Source: a bacterium (GTDB lineage Bacteria; Armatimonadota; Chthonomonadetes; Chthonomonadales; CAJBBX01). Taken from it: a stretch of DNA of 41,802 nt. Below, one piece after another: positions 18,793 to 27,871 of the stretch. Both the position numbers and the translations under genes were made by a program. The DNA is taken from the NCBI GenBank assembly GCA_009885735.1, contig VFKD01000084.1:1-41802 (forward strand), given 5' to 3'. The notes beneath the pieces were generated by a model. It saw only the letters and a list, made by a program, of their open reading frames with translations, had not been told where the DNA came from and made no database searches. How positions within the stretch are numbered: position 1 is the stretch's first letter; each line of letters begins with the position of its first letter.

Positions 18793-19644
18793 TCATCGGC
18801 GATCTGTCGCACGCCCGTCCCCGAGGAAGGCTTCAGCAGCATTGGCCGAAGCCGCATCGTATACCGGTGAGAGCGCGTCCACAAGCGTCTCCTCGGCGCG
18901 CCAGAACGGGAACCGGCCAAGTCGCTTTAGGAGGGGCGCGGTGACCGGGGGCTTTCGCACGTCACCATACGGACTTGCCACTCCTGGTGCGGTTGGAACC
19001 CCGTTCCAGTAAACCGCCGGATTCGCAGGCAGCGGCTCCGGCGGCGCGGTGACAGATTCGTTTTCCGGGTCAGTTTCTGTGAGGCCCTCCAACAACTCAG
19101 CGCGCTCCATGCCTCGCAGGCGGAATATGAGGAACGGATCTCGGTCGAATTCTTCGCCCAGGAGGATATAGACGGCTGCGACGTGCTTGCACGGATTCGA
19201 CCAGTCCGGGCACGAGCAATCGGTCCGAAGGTCATTCGCTGTCTTCGGGAACAACGTTGAGCCTGCGTCCTGAAACACGTTCTCGATCTCCTGCGGCATC
19301 TCGTCGGCGAGCAGCTTGGCGGCCAGGATGGGCTGTTCGCGGATCGCCTCCCGCACGTGGTCCCATTCGTCAGCAGACAGGATGCGCACGTCAACGCTCA
19401 CCGCGTAGGGCTTTGAGCGAGAGCCCTGCACCTTCGCCTTTACCTTGCCGGCCGCCACCTCAATGCTCGTCACCTTCCCCTGCCTCGCGTAGGTGCGGCC
19501 GCGGCTGAGACGTGCGCCAAGACCGAACGAGTCGAGCGTATCAATCCACCGCTTTCCCCACCAAGTAGCGCCGCGTACATTCTGCGCTTTGATCCCGCCC
19601 TTCACGGCCCTTGGCCGAGACGGCTCGTACTCCCTCCATCCCAT
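18793..19644 (-). CDS. SWIM zinc finger protein (partner of SNF2 helicase)
   Basis: WWGKRW, RLSRGRTYARQG, CSCPDWSNPCKH and DPFLIFRLRG motifs; GGAGG RBS. Confidence 0.92.
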   Translation of the reverse strand: MGWREYEPSRPRAVKGGIKAQNVRGATWWGKRWIDTLDSFGLGARLSRGRTYARQGKVTSIEVAAGKVKAKVQGSRSKPYAVSVDVRILSADEWDHVREAIREQPILAAKLLADEMPQEIENVFQDAGSTLFPKTANDLRTDCSCPDWSNPCKHVAAVYILLGEEFDRDPFLIFRLRGMERAELLEGLTETDPENESVTAPPEPLPANPAVYWNGVPTAPGVASPYGDVRKPPVTAPLLKRLGRFPFWRAEETLVDALSPVYDAASANAAEAFLGDGRATDRR

Positions 19645-19664
19645 ACATAACCTCCAACTGCCGT

Positions 19665-22600
19665 CTATTCCGCAACAGCTTCATGGCTCAGCGTGAAGAG
19701 CTCCCTAAGCTGTGCTGTGGACAGATTAGTGATCCAGTTCTCACCGGTTCCGACGACGCGCTCCGCGAGCTCCTTCTTGGCCTCGATCATCGCGTCGATT
19801 TTCTCCTCCAGCGTGCCGGCACAGACAAACTTGTGTACCTGAACGTTCCTCGTTTGGCCGATTCGGTACGCCCTGTCAGTGGCCTGGTTTTCCACGGCGG
19901 GATTCCACCAGCGGTCGAAGTGGAAGACGTGGTTAGCCGCCGTAAGGTTCAAACCCACGCCTCCTGCTTTCAGCGAAAGGATAAAGAAGGGCGTCTGCTG
20001 CCCGTCTCCCTGGAAGCGCTCCACCATCCACTCCCTCTCTTTGCGCACAACACCGCCATGCAGGAAGAGCGCCTCCCGGCCGAACACATCCTCGAGGTGG
20101 CGACGGATGATCTGGCCCATCTCGGCGAACTGCGAAAAGATGAGAGCCTTCTCACCGGCCGCTAGGACCTCCTCCATCATCTCTGTCAGCCGCGCGAGCT
20201 TTCCGGAGCGGCCCGGAATCTGAGAATTATCCTTCAGGAACTGGGCGGGATGGTTGCAGACCTGCTTCAGCTTCGAAAGAGTCGCCAGAATTACGCCCTT
20301 TCGCTGAATGCCGTCCGCCCCATCAATGTCCTTCGTTGCCTCGTTCACGACCGCCTCGTAGAGCGATGCCTGCTCGCGGGTGAGTGTGCAGAAAGTCTTC
20401 ATCTCCATCTTCTCCGGCAGGTCGGCGATGATGGTTCGATCGGTCTTCAGCCGGCGGAGAATGAAGGGGCCGGTGAGCCGATGAAGCTGCTCAATGGCTT
20501 GCTGGTCCCGGTTGGCCTGGATGGGCACAAAGAATCGGCGCCGGAACTCCGTCTGGCCGCCCAGGATACCGGGGTTGAGGAACTCCATGATCGCCCAGAG
20601 ATCGCCCACGTGATTCTCGACGGGTGTGCCGGTGAGGGCGATGCGCCAGCCGGCCCGGAGGCTCCGCGCGGCCTTCGACTGCTTGGTCTCTGGATTCTTG
20701 ATGTTCTGCGCCTCGTCCAGCACTATTCCGGACCACGGCACGCGCGCGAGCGCTTCTTGATCACGGTGCAGGAGCGCGAAGCTGCAGATGACCATGCCAG
20801 CCTGCCCTGCCTCCTGGACGAACTCGTCGCCTCGCTTGCGAACGAGACCGTGGTGAACCAGCACGGGCAGGTCCGGCGCAAACTTCCGCGCCTCTTTGTG
20901 CCAGTTGCCCACCACCGAGGTCGGACAGACGACGAGAACAGGTCCGCCGGAGTCGCGCTGAGATTCGATGAGCGCCAGCGTCTGCGGAGTCTTGCCCAGA
21001 CCCATGTCGTCCGCCAGGCAGGCGCCCAGGCCCATTCGGCCCAGGAACCGCAGCCAGGAGAATCCGCGGCGCTGATAGGGGCGCAGCGTCCCCATGAACC
21101 CGGCTGGCTCGGGCTCTTCTTCTATCCAGGCGCTATCCTGCATTCTCTCCAGCGTGTCCCGCATCCACCCCGTGGCTTCTACGGACTCCAATTCGAACCC
21201 GGTCGGTCCCGTGCCGCCGCCGAGAGCTAAGGACAACGCATCGCGCGCCGTCATCTCGACTGGACCGCGCTTTCTCCAGAATGCGATGGCCCGCTCGATC
21301 TCCGCCGAATCCACCTGCACCCACTGCCCGCGCCAGCGGACGAGCGATGCTTTGTGCCGGGCCAGCTCCTTCAGCTCGGTCAGCGTCAGCGGCTCTCCGC
21401 CCAGTGCTACCTCCCAGTCGACCTGGACAATGGACTCCATCGATAGGCCAGCGCTTGCCTGCATCTTCGGCGATTTGATTGCGGCTCTCGCGCCGAGCTT
21501 GAGCGTGGTGCCGCGCTTTGTCCACCAGGACGGGAGCAGCACGCCGAATCCCTCCTGTTCCAGCATCCAGGCGCGCTCCGCTAGAAACTGGTGGGCGCCG
21601 ACGGTGTTGAGCGTGAATCCGGCGGGACCGGCCGACCGCAGGCTCTCTTCTACCTCTGGGCAGATGCGCGCCACGTGGCCGAGCGCAGTAAGCATGAACT
21701 CTGCGGGCCTAAAGCCTTCACGCTGCAGGACGGACGCCTTCGATGATTTGCCTTTCCATGCCAAGTCGGCGGGAATGAGAAGACTGGGATCCTGAACGGA
21801 TCTAAGAAGATAGCGTACGTACCACGCATTCTCGTCGCTCTCAAGAGAGGGCTCCTCCAGTCGGAAGCAGAGGCGGAACGGAGCATCCTGCGACCAGACG
21901 AGCGGCCGACGCCACTCGGCCACCTGCCGGGCGAACGCATTGATATCTGGAGCCGGGCCACTGAGAACGGCCCCGGACTCCGGCGCCCTGAGCGCGCGCA
22001 GCCACTGGTCGTGCAGGCTGCCGGAGTCCCGCGACTTCTTGCGGCCGGACCCGACAATTGGCGACGGACCGGCAGGCGAGCGCGCAAGGCGGTCTGTGAT
22101 TAGCGAGAGGAACGCGGCGAGTACGGTGGCGGCTGCCGCCTCCGGCGGCACGGTAGGGGCGGTGGTAACCGCGCGGCAGGCGGCCGGCATTGCGCGTGCC
22201 AGGGCCTCGGCACGTTCCGCGTCCGCGCCGAGGAGGGCCGGCTCCCAGCAGGCACGCCAGCCATCCGAATCGTTTCTTAATGAAGGCAGGAACTGTTCGC
22301 GCGCCACCAGGGCCGCCGCGAGTCGAAACGCGGAAGCCCAGTAGGTTAGGGTCGAGCCGACGACGACGCCGTGCGCAAGAAGATCGCGCTCTACACAGGT
22401 GCAAAGCAGGTCGACCGCTTGTTGAGAAGTGATCGGAAGCGTGAAGACCTTCCAAGGAGCGATCGTATGGTCCATGGAGGGTCCCTGCTCGGCGACAAGT
22501 GGCGAGGAGGGGATGGGCTTTCCGTTCGCCACCGGCGCCCAGAGGAATGCCGGTTGGATGGTGCCGCTCCCCTTTTCCGACGCGATCCCGGCTGCTTCCA

Positions 22601-22763
22601 GGGCACTTCGCAGAGCTGAAATGCCAGGATCGTAGGGGAATGGAGGTTCGTCGGGAACGGCCGCCCGCGAACGCCTCCGGCCACGTAACGGCACGGCGTC
22701 TGTAGGCGCCTCGCCCCAGAGGTGCATCTGTCCATCAACAAAACTGGCATGCAGCAAAATCAT
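19665..22763 (-). CDS. SNF2-family helicase/ATPase (DUF3670-type N-terminal region)
   Basis: LRPYQ, LADDMGLGKT, DEAQ, TGTPVEN, LRRLK, AGGVGLNLT, WNPAVENQATDRAYRIGQ. Family-typical start MILLHA. Confidence 0.95.
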   Translation of the reverse strand: MILLHASFVDGQMHLWGEAPTDAVPLRGRRRSRAAVPDEPPFPYDPGISALRSALEAAGIASEKGSGTIQPAFLWAPVANGKPIPSSPLVAEQGPSMDHTIAPWKVFTLPITSQQAVDLLCTCVERDLLAHGVVVGSTLTYWASAFRLAAALVAREQFLPSLRNDSDGWRACWEPALLGADAERAEALARAMPAACRAVTTAPTVPPEAAAATVLAAFLSLITDRLARSPAGPSPIVGSGRKKSRDSGSLHDQWLRALRAPESGAVLSGPAPDINAFARQVAEWRRPLVWSQDAPFRLCFRLEEPSLESDENAWYVRYLLRSVQDPSLLIPADLAWKGKSSKASVLQREGFRPAEFMLTALGHVARICPEVEESLRSAGPAGFTLNTVGAHQFLAERAWMLEQEGFGVLLPSWWTKRGTTLKLGARAAIKSPKMQASAGLSMESIVQVDWEVALGGEPLTLTELKELARHKASLVRWRGQWVQVDSAEIERAIAFWRKRGPVEMTARDALSLALGGGTGPTGFELESVEATGWMRDTLERMQDSAWIEEEPEPAGFMGTLRPYQRRGFSWLRFLGRMGLGACLADDMGLGKTPQTLALIESQRDSGGPVLVVCPTSVVGNWHKEARKFAPDLPVLVHHGLVRKRGDEFVQEAGQAGMVICSFALLHRDQEALARVPWSGIVLDEAQNIKNPETKQSKAARSLRAGWRIALTGTPVENHVGDLWAIMEFLNPGILGGQTEFRRRFFVPIQANRDQQAIEQLHRLTGPFILRRLKTDRTIIADLPEKMEMKTFCTLTREQASLYEAVVNEATKDIDGADGIQRKGVILATLSKLKQVCNHPAQFLKDNSQIPGRSGKLARLTEMMEEVLAAGEKALIFSQFAEMGQIIRRHLEDVFGREALFLHGGVVRKEREWMVERFQGDGQQTPFFILSLKAGGVGLNLTAANHVFHFDRWWNPAVENQATDRAYRIGQTRNVQVHKFVCAGTLEEKIDAMIEAKKELAERVVGTGENWITNLSTAQLRELFTLSHEAVAE

Positions 22764-23041
22764 GGAATCATGATACTTCGTGCCATCGCGCGAACGTACA
22801 CTCCAGGCAACTCTGGCGCAGAATTGTGATGACGAATGGATACTGCGGATGTGCGTACCCTGTCGAGGCCGTAGTTCCTCGACGGCGCCAGTCGCTGGGC
22901 GCACACGCCGCAATCGCATCCGAGGTTCAACGTGGGTCAAGTCTCGAACCCTGTTAGCCACGTCACCTGATGCGTTCTGGGCCAAGATCAGCGACGGCAA
23001 CGCCGGTTTGCTCGATTCGAGCCAGGCAGTGGACACAACCG

Positions 23042-23079
23042 AAAACGAGGCCGCGAATCGGGAGTGATTCGCGGCCTCG
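23042..23079 (-). terminator. Rho-independent terminator directly after a tRNA-like GCTCCCA end
   Basis: 14-bp perfect stem CGAGGCCGCGAATC/GATTCGCGGCCTCG with a 6-nt loop, then TTTT on the minus strand. Confidence 0.75.
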
Positions 23080-23220
23080 GAATTGGGAGCCCCTACGATG
23101 TTAAGTTACAACCACTCGAATAGGATCAGACTACCGTTTGAAGTTCGCCGAGGAGGGAAACTGCTGCGAAGTTCGTCGGACTGTCGAAATCCTGCTTGCG
23201 AATGAGCTATAACCGTTGTC

Positions 23221-23277
23221 GTGCCTGGTTCGGCGTGCCTGGTTCGGCGTGCCTCTAGGTGAAGTGCCTGGTTCGGC
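23221..23277. repeat. 14-bp repeat GTGCCTGGTTCGGC, three full copies and one partial
   Basis: Copies at 23221, 23235 and 23264; partial at 23249. Confidence 0.85.
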
Positions 23278-23339
23278 GTCCGGTCCCATGCCCGTTGCGA
23301 TCGCTAACGGTTCGCCACGTATCGGTTCTCTGTGGTCAG

Positions 23340-26162
23340 TTATTCCTTCGCTGCCTGTCGGGTGACGATCGGGACATACCCGAACTCCAGTCCTTTCGGC
23401 GGGTTGACGAGCACCGCCGGGTCGAGGTCGGCCAGCCTACCGACGGTGGGCGGCGGCAAGTATTCGCGGTCTTTTGTCCAACTCTTGTGCAGCATCTCCA
23501 CGCGCTTCTGAAGCGCCTCCCGCTCGGCGTCGGTCAGGTCGGCGTTCAGCATGGCGGGCTGGTCGGCGAAGCGATACCAGTAGTACGTGGCCACGCTGCC
23601 GTCCCCGAGCTTCGCCTTGAACGGCCCGGCCGCCGGCCCTGGCTTCTTCCAACAACTGTCCGCCTCGTTGGGAGTGACGTAGGGCTGCGGTTTAGCGGTG
23701 CGCCGCGGTGGAAATTCCACTTTGGCCAGTCCGGTCTCTGCTGGGACATCTTTCGCGCTCACCACCACCCACCGCTCCTTGTCCTTCTTGTCCTTCTCCA
23801 AGCGGAAATACTCGGGCAGGGTGATGAGGTCGCCGGCCTTCGTCACTGCATCCTTCGCCCACTTGTACCCGTACGTGGTGTCGTCCAGCGCGATGGGGGT
23901 GGCGAACGAACTCCAGGCTACCGGCACCTTCTTCTCGCGGGGGGTGTTCGGCGGATAGATCTGCCACGTCGCCCCGCCGCCGCCTTTGAACGTGTGAACG
24001 CCGGCCGCCTTCGCGTCGATAGCGCCGGTCGCTGCTTTGCCGCCGTCGAACCACGCCTGCACGCTGTCCCACAGCGCCGCCTTGTTGTACGCGGTGATGC
24101 GGTGGATGAGCGGGGCCTCGCCGTCCGCCTTCGCGGGGAACTGCGTGGGGGCAATGCGGGCGTAAGTGTCGCCTTTCGCATCGGTGGCGATGTACGCCGG
24201 GACATGCTGCGTTTCCATCTGCACGGCCTTGTTCGGCTCCGACGGGCGAGTGTCGATGAACAGCCCGCCCAGCTTCGGGTTGTCGATGGTCGGCCGCGAC
24301 CAGAAGTACGGGGTGAAGAAGGCCACCGGCCCTTTGAAGTTGCCGGTGTTCAGGAACAACGTCCAGCAGTGGTCGCCGGTTGGCACGTCCTTGCCAGCGG
24401 TCGTCTTCTTGGGGGCGGTCAGCGGGAGCGGCAGGTAACCGTACCCGAACAATTTGCCGCTCGTGCCCTGCTTCAGGTTCAGGCCGTCGGGCGGCCAGAG
24501 CACCCATGGACGGAGTTGGGCGACGGCGTAGTGGCCGGCCGGATTCTTCCAGTCTCGGCCCTTGCCGGCGCCGGGCCCGTTCGCCCACTCGACGAAGTTC
24601 AGGGCTACCCCACCCATGATGAACTTCGGCGTCTCGGTGGCGAAGCGGGTGTCCCGCCACCAGCCGAGGCCGCCCTCAATGTCCGAGTACGCATTCTCCG
24701 GCACCGGCCCGTCGTACTGGGCGAACATCCAAGTGCCGAACAGCCCGCTCTGGAAGTCCTGCCCGGGGTAGTTCTTGAGTAGCGGCCACGCGGCTACGTA
24801 GGTCGAGAATCCGCCATTGTACTGCCTGTCTACTTTCTCGTGCGGTACGAGCAGGTAGCCGGCCATTTCCGCTGGCTTCGGCGGGTCGGCAAGCGGTTTC
24901 GCGGGCGGCTTCTCCGCCTTCGCCGGTTCGAGCAGCGCCTCAGCGAACGCCTTTCCGATGGGGGCCATGATCTTTGCAGCACCAAGGTAGTGGTAGCCGC
25001 CGTTCGACACGCCCGTCTTCAGTCGCTTCAACTCGTCCGGTTTGAATTCCTCGTCCAGGGCCTTCTTGCGGGCGGCCTCCTTCTCCGGCTCGGTGGGCTT
25101 CGGATTCGCCTCGCGGAACCCCTGCTCCAGTTTGTCGTACACCCGCTGCTTCCGCTCGATGAACACCTCCAGGTCGTCGTCCCAGAACGGTGCCGTCTCG
25201 ACCGCAATGACATTCCCCTTGAACTCGTCGAGGGTGGTCGGTTTCCGCTGGGCTTCGCGGAAGTGCATCATCGACCCCTTCTTATCGCCCTTCAGGCCAT
25301 CGATACCCATGACGCCGATGACGAACGGCAGCTTCGGGGCCGACAGGTCTTTCCGCACGTCGCGGATGAAGTGGCCGAGCAGGTCGGCGTACAGGTCGTA
25401 CCCGCCGACCTTGCCCTGATTGGGGTACACACCGCCGTCGACGAGGTCGTTAAACCCCTGAAACCAGACGAACCCGGCCAACTCGTACCCCTGCTTCTCG
25501 TCGTAGTCGGGCACCACCCGCTTGACGTCCTTGAGCACCTTCTGCACGTGCGCGATCATCTCGCGGTAGTAAACGCCCGTGGCGGCGGCTTTTTCAGAAT
25601 AAAATTTCGGCCGATCCTCTGCTTTAGGAATACCGTGGGCACCCTTGGGATGCTTGTCCCAAAGTTCCTGAGTTTCCTTTGCCAGGACGAAAGGTCCCCC
25701 ACTAGGCGGTCGGAAATCCGTATGCAGGCTGCGACCGCCCCAAGAGGTCTTGATGATGAGCACCGGCTCCTTCAGCCGGTCTTCCATCGTGAGGCCGAAA
25801 GTGAACTCCGGGCCGATCTTCTTCTCGGGGGCACCAAACCCGGCCGTCAGCTTGCCCTTTGCCTCCCTCAGGTCGTCGTAGGCGTTGCCGAGGCACCCGA
25901 CCGACGTGATCCACACCCTGTCGCACACCTTCGGCTTGCCGTCCTTGTCCCGCATGTCCTTCAGTAGCGGGGCGGTCTTGGGGTCGTCGGCCATCGAGTC
26001 GAATGTGGAGACGGCCGCGTGCCCCTGCATGTTCGACTGCCCGGCCAGGATGAACACCTTTAACGGCCTGTCCGCAGCTGACGCCCCCGACGCTACTATT
26101 GCCAGCACCAGCAAACAGAAACCGATTGCTGGAGCGTTGGTCGATCTCTGTACTGAATTCAT
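23340..26162 (-). CDS. Secreted sialate O-acetylesterase-like (SASA/SGNH) domain fused to an uncharacterised ~500-aa domain
   Basis: Signal peptide; VFILAGQSNM, IGPEFTFG, IIKTSWGG.SL, GFVWFQG and GYHY motifs; Pro/Lys linker; Trp/Gly/Tyr-rich C-terminal half. Confidence 0.85.
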   Translation of the reverse strand: MNSVQRSTNAPAIGFCLLVLAIVASGASAADRPLKVFILAGQSNMQGHAAVSTFDSMADDPKTAPLLKDMRDKDGKPKVCDRVWITSVGCLGNAYDDLREAKGKLTAGFGAPEKKIGPEFTFGLTMEDRLKEPVLIIKTSWGGRSLHTDFRPPSGGPFVLAKETQELWDKHPKGAHGIPKAEDRPKFYSEKAAATGVYYREMIAHVQKVLKDVKRVVPDYDEKQGYELAGFVWFQGFNDLVDGGVYPNQGKVGGYDLYADLLGHFIRDVRKDLSAPKLPFVIGVMGIDGLKGDKKGSMMHFREAQRKPTTLDEFKGNVIAVETAPFWDDDLEVFIERKQRVYDKLEQGFREANPKPTEPEKEAARKKALDEEFKPDELKRLKTGVSNGGYHYLGAAKIMAPIGKAFAEALLEPAKAEKPPAKPLADPPKPAEMAGYLLVPHEKVDRQYNGGFSTYVAAWPLLKNYPGQDFQSGLFGTWMFAQYDGPVPENAYSDIEGGLGWWRDTRFATETPKFIMGGVALNFVEWANGPGAGKGRDWKNPAGHYAVAQLRPWVLWPPDGLNLKQGTSGKLFGYGYLPLPLTAPKKTTAGKDVPTGDHCWTLFLNTGNFKGPVAFFTPYFWSRPTIDNPKLGGLFIDTRPSEPNKAVQMETQHVPAYIATDAKGDTYARIAPTQFPAKADGEAPLIHRITAYNKAALWDSVQAWFDGGKAATGAIDAKAAGVHTFKGGGGATWQIYPPNTPREKKVPVAWSSFATPIALDDTTYGYKWAKDAVTKAGDLITLPEYFRLEKDKKDKERWVVVSAKDVPAETGLAKVEFPPRRTAKPQPYVTPNEADSCWKKPGPAAGPFKAKLGDGSVATYYWYRFADQPAMLNADLTDAEREALQKRVEMLHKSWTKDREYLPPPTVGRLADLDPAVLVNPPKGLEFGYVPIVTRQAAKE

Positions 26163-26227
26163 TCCCACCCCTCCGGACTGTGTGAATCAATTGAACATCG
26201 AGAGTAGAGCATGGACCACAAGGGCGT

Positions 26228-26433
26228 CTAACCGCATAGAAAGACCGATGAGACGGCACCACCCATTCGAGATCCAGGGCTCTCGCACCCGGATTCAGGT
26301 TCAACGCCTCAGCCAACCATTCCGTCATCCACAGCGCGTTGGTCCCGCCTCTGACGCTGGCGGTGGTCCAGTCCGGATTGTATCCGGATGTGCGGGGAAA
26401 CCGGTCAAAGCGCAATCGTTCGACTGAACTCAT
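26228..26433 (-). pseudogene. Truncated, frameshifted SAM-dependent methyltransferase remnant
   Basis: FPRTSGYNPDW..GGTNALWMTEWLAEALNLNPGARALDL, then GGAVSSVFL in another frame (motif I LDLGCG disrupted), followed by TAG. Confidence 0.65.
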
Positions 26434-26700
26434 CGGGTTCCACTCAGCCTAACCTGGAACATCAGGAACGAGTTTCCTCGGTTATACCCGCTCAGTGTTC
26501 AGAAGGAGATGTTCAACGTTCGCCAGGAGCATTGCAACTGGAAATGACACTGAATAAAACTCGGTTGCCATTGATTTTGCAACCATGCGCCCGACTAGAC
26601 TGAGACAGGTTTTGGAGGGAAGAGACGTTCGAGATACGTCATCAACGAAGAAGCGGGTTGCTGAAGGAGTGAGGGGGTGTTCGGATGCCTAAAGTGACGC

Positions 26701-26731
26701 AAAAGCCGCTCGGTCGCAGGGACCGAGCGGC
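26701..26731 (-). terminator. Terminator of tRNA-Met copy 1
   Basis: GCCGCTCGGTC/GACCGAGCGGC stem then TTTT, 5 nt after CCA. Confidence 0.8.
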
Positions 26732-26736
26732 CAGAG

Positions 26737-26813
<77 letters not shown>

Positions 26814-26824
26814 TCATCACATAC

Positions 26825-26852
26825 ATTATACCATCAATCCTGAGTCTGTCAA
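26825..26852 (-). promoter_or_regulatory. Sigma70-type promoter of tRNA copy 1
   Basis: TTGACA-N16-TATAAT with TG extension. Confidence 0.85.
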
Positions 26853-27148
26853 TAGCCAGTCTTTCTGGAATCAGAGATCTCCGGGGATCTGGGGAGGAGG
26901 GGAGAGGGCGCGGTCGCGCTGGAAGAGGCCAATTTCGACGGCGTGGCGACTTGGGCAAGCAAAGCCTTTCGAGCAGGCGGTGGAGTTGGAACGGCGGTAG
27001 AGAGGTTTCTTGGGAGGCCGGGTTGTAGAGGGTAAGTAGAGAGTGTGGTGTTAGAGTGACCGCGTTCTCGAGTGACAATCGAGTCGTTTCAGTGTTCTTA
27101 CCTTAAGAGAAACGAATGGACCTCAGGACCTGCGCCGACCCCAATCCA

Positions 27149-27871
27149 TCACCGTTTGGGAGCAGGCGAGAGTCCACGTTGCGGACTGATCTTATAGTCC
27201 TTCGGAACGACAAATGCCTCTGCGGGCAGGGCCTGCCCTTCCGATCTTTTTGAAAGCTCTACAGTGCGCCGAATCTGATCGGCGGTACCAATGCCAGACG
27301 GGGAACTGCGCTGACCCATCTTCGTTATGATTTCCATTCTTAACGGCGATGCCGCCGTCTTGCCCTGCGGCATCCAAATCTTAACCGTGCTGGGAGTGCC
27401 CCCCGCGACCTGCGCTACCCAGACTTCACACGCGATTCCCCGCACTACTTCGGAGCCGAACTTCTTTGCGCTCGGCCAGATGGTCTTCACATCGCAAGGA
27501 GTAGCCAAAGCGAATGGCGAGCCGTGTGCTATCATCGAGCGAAACATTGGCTTGGTCAGCACCGCTTTGGTCCCACGCTTCGTGGAAGGCATCAATGTGT
27601 AGAGGGCCGACGGAGTGAGTATCTGAAACCGATCGCGTTTCTCACCCATCTTTACTTCTAATCTTATGGAGGCCCCTGCTTTCCACATCCGGCCAAGGAT
27701 CTCGCTTGGGAACATGGAACGGCGGTTGTCCATCTCTTCCAGGCCGCCGTGCTCCGGCATCTGGACCCGCATCGAGAACTCGTAACTCGTACACTTTGAA
27801 GTCGAGCCGGCCGGGCTGGCGGGCAACTGCAGACCGACAAGAAAAAGTGCAAGTCCACTCAATAGGATCAT
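27149..27871 (-). CDS. Secreted hypothetical protein (possibly LolA-like/DUF4412-type fold)
   Basis: Signal peptide; GSEVVRGIACEVW and AFVVPKDYK resemble that family; ATGA overlap with the upstream gene. Confidence 0.6.
   Translation of the reverse strand: MILLSGLALFLVGLQLPASPAGSTSKCTSYEFSMRVQMPEHGGLEEMDNRRSMFPSEILGRMWKAGASIRLEVKMGEKRDRFQILTPSALYTLMPSTKRGTKAVLTKPMFRSMIAHGSPFALATPCDVKTIWPSAKKFGSEVVRGIACEVWVAQVAGGTPSTVKIWMPQGKTAASPLRMEIITKMGQRSSPSGIGTADQIRRTVELSKRSEGQALPAEAFVVPKDYKISPQRGLSPAPKR

Noticed and set aside
18485-18796. 103-aa ORF overlapping the SWIM stop
   Set aside because: Ser/Arg-rich with no family resemblance or clear RBS; cannot be supported.
23290-23340. GTTAGCG after the esterase stop as an integron attC site
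   Set aside because: No matching RYYYAAC inverse core or bulged stem could be built, and there is no integron integrase.
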